A stretch of DNA of 64,000 nt from NCBI GenBank assembly GCA_964562615.1, contig CAZLUD010000001.1, forward strand, positions 193,072-257,071, written 5' to 3'. Source of the stretch: an uncultured Candidatus Saccharibacteria bacterium. GTDB taxonomy: Bacteria > Patescibacteriota > Minisyncoccia > Phycocordibacterales > UBA12088. The stretch's first letter is position 1; each line of letters opens with the position of its first letter. Positions 58,605 to 64,000 of this stretch are shown piece by piece. Both the position numbers and the translations under genes were made by a program. A model generated the notes under the pieces. It was not told the DNA's origin, ran no database searches, and was given only the letters and a program-made list of their open reading frames with translations.

Positions 58605-59385
58605 TGATAGAAAAAAATAACACGAGTAGAAATCCAATCGCAAGAAATGGAGCGAACGGTACTTCACTATGTATTGTAAGTGAGTTCTGCATAAACGGAA
58701 AGCCGTAGCGCTTGATAAGTAATAGTACAACACTAACCACTGCCCCTATCCAAAACGCAAGCATAAATGACGAGAGGGCTCCGACTATACCAAGAAACCA
58801 CCCAATACCAAGCGCAAGCTTTGCATCCGCAAAACCTATCCACGCTCCTTTTGATATAACCCATAACGCTGCAAATGGAAATGCAGCGAGTGCGCCACTA
58901 AGGAGTAGTAGTGGGTCAGGATGCATCACCAGACTTCCCTCATCTATGTATACAGAAAGTAGTGCAAGGACATTAAAGCTATACACAAACACATCTGGAA
59001 TAATTTTGTGTCGTAGGTCATACACCACAATAGCAACAAGGGTTGCTATTGCCGCGAGTAAGATACCCGCATCAATAACATTAGTTGTTATAAACGGAAC
59101 AGATGCAAATAGCACTCCCGTTGCTATCTCTACCAATAAATACTGTAGCGAGAGGGGCTTTTTGCATGTGCGGCATCTTCCTCGTAAAAAGATATATGAA
59201 AATAGCGGCACTAATTCATACGCACGGAGGGTACGCATGCAGTGTGGACAGTGTGACCTGCCGGTTATTGTTTCTCCCTTTTCAATACGTAGCACCACAA
59301 CATTAACAAAACTGCCAATACTCACGCCGAGGAGAAATAAAAATCCAATGATTATTTCTAGTTCCATGTATAGCAATAATAACAC
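58570..59385 (-). CDS. pilD: Prepilin peptidase (A24 family, PilD)
   Basis: N-terminal zinc-binding CPHC...CRTC, the catalytic-Asp region VYDLRHKIIPD, and multiple TM helices. Confidence 0.85.
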   Translation of the reverse strand: MLLLLYMELEIIIGFLFLLGVSIGSFVNVVVLRIEKGETITGRSHCPHCMRTLRAYELVPLFSYIFLRGRCRTCKKPLSLQYLLVEIATGVLFASVPFITTNVIDAGILLAAIATLVAIVVYDLRHKIIPDVFVYSFNVLALLSVYIDEGSLVMHPDPLLLLSGALAAFPFAALWVISKGAWIGFADAKLALGIGWFLGIVGALSSFMLAFWIGAVVSVVLLLIKRYGFPFMQNSLTIHSEVPFAPFLAIGFLLVLFFSINAFTLPTSLFY

Positions 59386-59387
59386 AA

Positions 59388-59414
59388 ACGCCCCTTGTGG
59401 GGCGTTTGTTTACC
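59388..59414 (-). terminator. Hairpin terminator downstream of the major pilin gene
   Basis: aaacgcccc-ttgt-ggggcgttt, with T-rich sequence after it on the minus strand. Confidence 0.55.
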
Positions 59415-59430
59415 ATGCTTTTTTGTTACA

Positions 59431-59883
59431 CTACGGTTTTACACAAAAAACGGCATCGGTTGGACCAGCCACTCCACAATTGATAGTTCCTAGTTGTGTA
59501 CCATCAAGATCGTTTGCAAGCGCTGGGCTACCGGTGTTTTCAAGAGTCGCACCAATTACGTAAGTAGTATTACCTGTCCCAGTTGTATATGCATATGCAG
59601 CTCTTGTGCTTGGATCAGTAGGAATGGTGCTTATGAAAGTACCGAGAGTGACACCTGAGCAACCATTTGCAACATTAGGCGTTAAAGGACCTGCTGGATA
59701 CTGTCCACAAGAGTCGAAGTATAGCTCAAACGCAAGCTGAAGTTGCTTAATATCAGTTACGCGAGTTGCATCTCGTCCCTTTGATCTTGCGCTGTTAAGA
59801 GACGCAAGCACGACGCTAGAGAGAATACCGATAATTGCGATAACCACCAAGAGCTCGATGAGGGTAAAACCTTTTTGCTTCAT
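59431..59883 (-). CDS. Type IV pilin (PilA-like, candidate major pilin)
   Basis: The N-terminal motif is KGFTLIELLVVIAIIGILSSVVLASLNSAR, a canonical type IVa N-terminus. A C-terminal Cys pair is present. Followed by a strong terminator. Confidence 0.75.
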   Translation of the reverse strand: MKQKGFTLIELLVVIAIIGILSSVVLASLNSARSKGRDATRVTDIKQLQLAFELYFDSCGQYPAGPLTPNVANGCSGVTLGTFISTIPTDPSTRAAYAYTTGTGNTTYVIGATLENTGSPALANDLDGTQLGTINCGVAGPTDAVFCVKP

Positions 59884-59913
59884 AAAATAATTACTAAATT
59901 AATACTAATAATA

Positions 59914-60426
59914 CTAATCGCAGTCGGTCGAGATACTGCCAGAAGGACCTTCTAGGCTATGCATACCGGAGGAAAGTCCACCGGATCCGACTTCGAGATA
60001 GAAACACACCTGATAGTCTTCTGAGGTTGCCCCCGCGTCACCATCTGTCGTACTGATAGAATACTGACACTGCGCTGTACCTCCGCTTTCACAAGCGGTG
60101 GTACCAACAGGATCAGTATATCGTGCAAGTTCGACAAAATTACCAGGGCCAGTACATGCAGTAAGCATATCATCCGCATCAGTACATCCCTCAATTTCAA
60201 CCGCGGCATCATCTGAGGTTATAGACATGACCTTAGCGATTTCGCGCATATCTGCCATACGAGTGGCATCACGTGCCTTTGCTCTTGCGCTGTTAAGAGA
60301 CGCAAGAACAACGCTAGAGAGAATACCGATAATTGCTATTACTACCAAAAGCTCAATAAGGGTGAAGCCTTTGTTGGCTTTCTTAGAAAATTCCACTGAA
60401 GCGCTTCGCCCTGTGGTTGTATTCAT
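59914..60426 (-). CDS. Type IV pilin paralog (PilA-like) with identical N-terminal 30 aa and divergent C-terminus
   Basis: The N-terminal motif is KGFTLIELLVVIAIIGILSSVVLASLNSARAKARDATR. The first ~100 nt are near-identical to the neighbouring pilin. The C-terminus is Cys-containing and acidic. Confidence 0.7.
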   Translation of the reverse strand: MNTTTGRSASVEFSKKANKGFTLIELLVVIAIIGILSSVVLASLNSARAKARDATRMADMREIAKVMSITSDDAAVEIEGCTDADDMLTACTGPGNFVELARYTDPVGTTACESGGTAQCQYSISTTDGDAGATSEDYQVCFYLEVGSGGLSSGMHSLEGPSGSISTDCD

Positions 60427-60530
60427 AATGTATAATACTCTACAAATTTATACTCTATTAGTAAAAACTCTTTACTTCATTAGTATACTAGGAATATTTT
60501 TTTTACTTAGCGTACTATGTGGATAACTTT

Positions 60531-61736
60531 CTATACACCAGTAGATACGTTGTAAATAGGTATAAGTACTGACGCAAGAAGTACACCCACTCCAAGTCCC
60601 AAAAGTACGATCATGGCAGGTTCAATAAGGTCAACCAGCGCATCGACGGCGTTTTTTACCTCTCGCTGATAGAAACTCGCGAGTGTCTTAAGAATTTTTC
60701 CAAGCTCTCCTGATTCTTCACCTACGCGCACCATACCCACCACAATACTAGGTATTTCATCATACTGCCCTATCGCCTTTGATAGTGCGTTACCATTTTT
60801 GACCATAGTCATTGATTCTTTGAGAATGTGTTCGTAGATGACATTATCTATAGTCTCTGCGGTAATTTCTATCGCACGAACCATAGGAATACCGCTTGAG
60901 AGCATGGTAGAGAGGTTGTCTGAAAAGCGCGCAAGGTAGAGCTTTCTGTACAAACTACCAAAGTACGGTGTACCAAGCTTTATTGAATCAACTGCATGTC
61001 GCCCTGAGTCTGTTTTTGCATAGCGCCAGAAGAAGAATCCACCCACCGCAAGCGCGATAAAAATAAACACTCCGTAACTAACAAAGAATCCTGATAGTGC
61101 AAGTACTACTTTGGTATACAGAGGTATTTCTTGTCCTGAATCAACCAAAATCTGACCAATACGTGGAATAACATACGTAAGCATCAGCACCATCACCGCA
61201 ATAAAGGTAGCGATAACGAATGCTGGGTATATAAGGGCGCTTTTCGCCTTTGAGGTAAGCTCGTAGGTTCTATCAAGATAATCCGCAAGATACATAAAGG
61301 TCTCGTCGAGTTTTCCCGTCTCCTCTCCTGCCTTTACCATGTTTACATAAAAAAGACTGAATGCATTTGGATGCTTTGAAAGCGCCTTTGATATTGATGA
61401 TCCAGACTGAAGATCATCGGCAACTTCCATGAGTACTTTTTGTAGAGATTCGTTTGTGCTTTCGATAGCAAGGAGCCTAAATACGCGAAGCGCTGAAACC
61501 TGCGCCTCAAAGAGGGTTGCAATCTGCCTTGAAATGATAACGATATCTTTATTGGATACCCCACTGAAAAAATCAACTTTAAACTCAAATACGCTTTTTG
61601 CTTCTGCAGACTCTATGGATGAGATGACAAGATCACGTCGCTGTAGCGACGCAATAGCCACATCCTCATTGATGGCATCAATGGTTCCTTCTCGCTCCTT
61701 CCCCTCTTTGTCTACTGCTTGATATGAAAATAACAT
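60531..61736 (-). CDS. pilC: Type IV pilus platform protein PilC (GspF family), second copy
   Basis: Two T2SS-F domains and three TM helices. 401 aa, with no SH3 tail. Confidence 0.85.
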   Translation of the reverse strand: MLFSYQAVDKEGKEREGTIDAINEDVAIASLQRRDLVISSIESAEAKSVFEFKVDFFSGVSNKDIVIISRQIATLFEAQVSALRVFRLLAIESTNESLQKVLMEVADDLQSGSSISKALSKHPNAFSLFYVNMVKAGEETGKLDETFMYLADYLDRTYELTSKAKSALIYPAFVIATFIAVMVLMLTYVIPRIGQILVDSGQEIPLYTKVVLALSGFFVSYGVFIFIALAVGGFFFWRYAKTDSGRHAVDSIKLGTPYFGSLYRKLYLARFSDNLSTMLSSGIPMVRAIEITAETIDNVIYEHILKESMTMVKNGNALSKAIGQYDEIPSIVVGMVRVGEESGELGKILKTLASFYQREVKNAVDALVDLIEPAMIVLLGLGVGVLLASVLIPIYNVSTGV

Positions 61737-61743
61737 ACGGTGG

Positions 61744-62847
61744 TTATAACATTCCTTCTAGGAGCTTTGGATTAATAGAGTGTCGATACGCATTCTCTAC
61801 CGTTATCTCGCCCTTTCGTACCAAATCCGCAAGTGACCTATTCATGGTAATCATGCCTTGATCTGACGACGTTTCTATCACGGTATTAAGCTCGTGGGTT
61901 CTTCTTTCTCTGATAAGATTCGCAATGGCGCTATTATTGATAAGTAGTTCACACGCAGGAATAAGCCCGCCCGCGATGCGTGGGACAAGACGTTGCGAGA
62001 AGATGCCAAGCAAGCTTGCCGCAAGCTGTGTCCTGATTTGGTCTTGCTGCCCACCTGGGAACGAGTCGATGATACGGTCTATGGTTTGTGCGGCGTTATT
62101 GGTGTGCAAGGTTGAAAGCACAAGGTGTCCGGTTTCTGCAGCAGTAACGGCGGTAGCTATAGTCTCTGCGTCGCGCATCTCACCTACCAAAATAACATTC
62201 ACGTCCTGTCTAAAACTTGATACGAGCGCTGTTTTAAAGTCGCGAGTATCAATACCAACTTCTCGTTGATCAATAATAGATTGCTTTTGTTGATAGACGT
62301 ACTCGATGGGGTCTTCAATGGTGACAATGTGCTCAGAGCGCGTTGCATTGATAAGATCAACCATTGCCGCAAGAGTAGTGGATTTACCTTGTCCAACTGG
62401 TCCTACCACCAAAAAGAATCCCTGTTCTTTATTTGCAAATGTCTCAAGTATTGGGGGTAGCCCTAATTCACTTATGGACTTTATTTCAGACGGGATAAGT
62501 CGCAGCGCAATAGAGACTGCCCCCTGCTGCACAGACGCATTACCTCTAAACCGCGTGGCAGTTTTATAGGTGTACGAAAAATCAATTTCTTGATCTGAAA
62601 CAAATGTTTCGAATTGTTTCGGTAATACCAGCTCTTTAAGAAATCCGAGTGTATCCTCTGGAGTAAGCACATCCATCTTTACAAGTGGGATAAGTGATCC
62701 AGAAACACGTATTGATGGTTGATACCCTACTGAAAGGTGTAGGTCAGAAGCACCTTCAACCATAGTGGTTTCAATAAGAGATACCAGCGTACGCTTGTAG
62801 TCTTTTTTCTTCAAACCAACTAATTCGAGTGCTCCTTTAGGTTCCAT
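61744..62847 (-). CDS. pilT: Type IV pilus retraction ATPase PilT
   Basis: Walker A VVGPVGQGKSTTLAAM with PilT-length N-terminus. There is no tetracysteine C-terminal domain. Confidence 0.85.
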   Translation of the reverse strand: MEPKGALELVGLKKKDYKRTLVSLIETTMVEGASDLHLSVGYQPSIRVSGSLIPLVKMDVLTPEDTLGFLKELVLPKQFETFVSDQEIDFSYTYKTATRFRGNASVQQGAVSIALRLIPSEIKSISELGLPPILETFANKEQGFFLVVGPVGQGKSTTLAAMVDLINATRSEHIVTIEDPIEYVYQQKQSIIDQREVGIDTRDFKTALVSSFRQDVNVILVGEMRDAETIATAVTAAETGHLVLSTLHTNNAAQTIDRIIDSFPGGQQDQIRTQLAASLLGIFSQRLVPRIAGGLIPACELLINNSAIANLIRERRTHELNTVIETSSDQGMITMNRSLADLVRKGEITVENAYRHSINPKLLEGML

Positions 62848-62862
62848 ATGATAACTATACCA

Positions 62863-63264
62863 TTAGCTATGCTTTTTCTTATACACTTCAAGCACCTTTG
62901 CAAGCACTTCTGATGGTACTGAGTTTGCTTTTATGATGTAGCCATCTGCGCCAAGTTTTTGCGCCTTCTCAATATCAGACTCTTGTCCTTGATTGGACAA
63001 CATGATAACCACGGGATTACCACCTAGCTTTTCAGCTTTGACGGTCTCAAGAATTTTTAATCCATCAACCTCGGGCATCACCACATCAAGAATAAGCGCA
63101 TCGGCGACAAATCCATCTCGAAGTTTTTCGAGTGCCTGAATACTATCAAGAAACCCTTCAACCTCTATCCCTGCCTCCTTAAATTTGATGCTATACATCT
63201 CTAGCAAAAATTGATCATCATCAACCACAAGAATCTTTTTTGGCTTTTTTTCAGTGTCGGTCAT
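62863..63264 (-). CDS. Single-domain response regulator (CheY-like receiver)
   Basis: KILVVDDDQFLLEMY...ALILDVVMPEVDGLKIL. It is positioned between the second pilB and pilT. Confidence 0.8.
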   Translation of the reverse strand: MTDTEKKPKKILVVDDDQFLLEMYSIKFKEAGIEVEGFLDSIQALEKLRDGFVADALILDVVMPEVDGLKILETVKAEKLGGNPVVIMLSNQGQESDIEKAQKLGADGYIIKANSVPSEVLAKVLEVYKKKHS

Positions 63265-63269
63265 AGGTA

Positions 63270-64000
63270 TTATTGTGTTTCTACTACGTCTGGTAGTGCG
63301 GGCGCCTCTACGGGTAACGCTTCAACCTCTGGGGTGTCATCTGACAATACTCCGCCAAGGGTGTTAATTTCTTCAAATGGAATAATTTTTTCGAATGCTT
63401 TTAATATAGCATCCTCTTTCATGGTGAGCATGCCAGAACCTCGAGCAATTTTCCAAATCTCTTGTTCATTAGCACTTGCTAGTATTGCCTGCTCAATATC
63501 ATGACTCATAGGCAATAATTCATACACACCAACACGTCCTCTTGTACCACTAGGACAATCGCCCGATGGGTCTATTCCCCACATGGATTTTCCTACCGGA
63601 ATACTTGAACGGTACTTTTCAGGTAAATCTTCAAATTGCTTATCAATCATCATCTTGATACTTCCTTCAACTGGCATCTCTTTACCGCTACCAGGGCAGA
63701 GCCTGCGTACCAATCGCTGACCGATTACCAACTGAAGCGTTGGCGCAATGAGGTACGGATCAACCCCCATATCAATAAGACGTGGGATTACACCAATCGC
63801 ACTGTTGGTGTGAATAGTAGAAAATACAAGGTGACCGGTAAGTGACGCTTGTACGGCAAGTTGTGCAGTTTCTTTATCGCGGATTTCTCCCACCATGATA
63901 ATGTCTGGGTCCTGACGAAGAATAGAACGAAGACCAGAAGCAAAAGTATAGCCAATTTCTGGACGTACTTGTGACTGGCTCACCCCTTCAATGTTGTACT
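63270..64000 (-). CDS. pilB: Type IV pilus assembly ATPase PilB/GspE, second copy (5' end lies beyond the window)
   Basis: C-terminal region with an Asp box, His box and tetracysteine motif (LCPGSG...GDCPSG). The ORF is open to the window edge. Confidence 0.8.
   Translation of the reverse strand, partial: YNIEGVSQSQVRPEIGYTFASGLRSILRQDPDIIMVGEIRDKETAQLAVQASLTGHLVFSTIHTNSAIGVIPRLIDMGVDPYLIAPTLQLVIGQRLVRRLCPGSGKEMPVEGSIKMMIDKQFEDLPEKYRSSIPVGKSMWGIDPSGDCPSGTRGRVGVYELLPMSHDIEQAILASANEQEIWKIARGSGMLTMKEDAILKAFEKIIPFEEINTLGGVLSDDTPEVEALPVEAPALPDVVETQ

Overview
This 64-kb window reads as chromosomal DNA from a small-genome bacterium, resembling Candidate Phyla Radiation (Patescibacteria)-type or Gram-positive-type gene content. 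I cannot verify that lineage without a database search. Nearly all genes are on the minus strand. Features in window order: (1) the C-terminal end of an ECF sigma factor, an overlapping membrane anti-sigma-like gene, and an AI-2E transporter. (2) An alpha-glucan/glycogen locus with GH15, GH57 and a GT4 glycogen-synthase-like gene. (3) A VIT1-family protein and a PAS histidine kinase leading into type IV pilus/pseudopilus locus A. Locus A has two tandem pilins, several pseudopilins including a 932-aa pseudopilin carrying an LVIVD beta-propeller, a PilC with a C-terminal SH3-like tail, PilB and a CheY-like regulator. (4) Housekeeping and transport genes: YceI, a SulP permease, MazG, a MATE efflux pump, tyrS, an SGNH hydrolase and a GIY-YIG protein. 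(5) A 1190-aa surface protein with tail-fibre-like repeats, a peptidase-S74-type intramolecular chaperone domain and a DUF5011-like C-terminus. (6) A frameshifted pyrD-like gene. (7) A 4.4-kb AT-rich island (asnB-like, ATP-grasp, NUDIX, histidine phosphatase) bounded by tRNA-Gln and a degenerate copy of its 3' end. (8) pyrG, ftsX, ftsE and prfB. (9) A tRNA-dense, scar-rich segment holding tRNA-Thr(CGU), a LAGLIDADG-like ORF, a tRNA-Thr(GGU) interrupted by a 204-nt group I intron, a 178-bp tandem repeat carrying copies of the tRNA-Asp 3' end, a tRNA-Met with a duplicated 3' fragment, and an atypical CAU tRNA-like gene. (10) gatC, gatA and ligA. (11) Type IV pilus locus B with four pseudopilins, PilD, two tandem PilA paralogs, PilC, PilT, a CheY-like regulator and a PilB that runs off the window end. 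The most notable observations are the intron-containing tRNA-Thr with its adjacent homing-endonuclease-like ORF, the duplicated pilus machinery with a propeller-bearing pseudopilin, the repeated tRNA 3'-end scars, and the AT-rich tRNA-Gln island. All calls rest on reading motifs in the supplied translations and sequence. No database searches were run.
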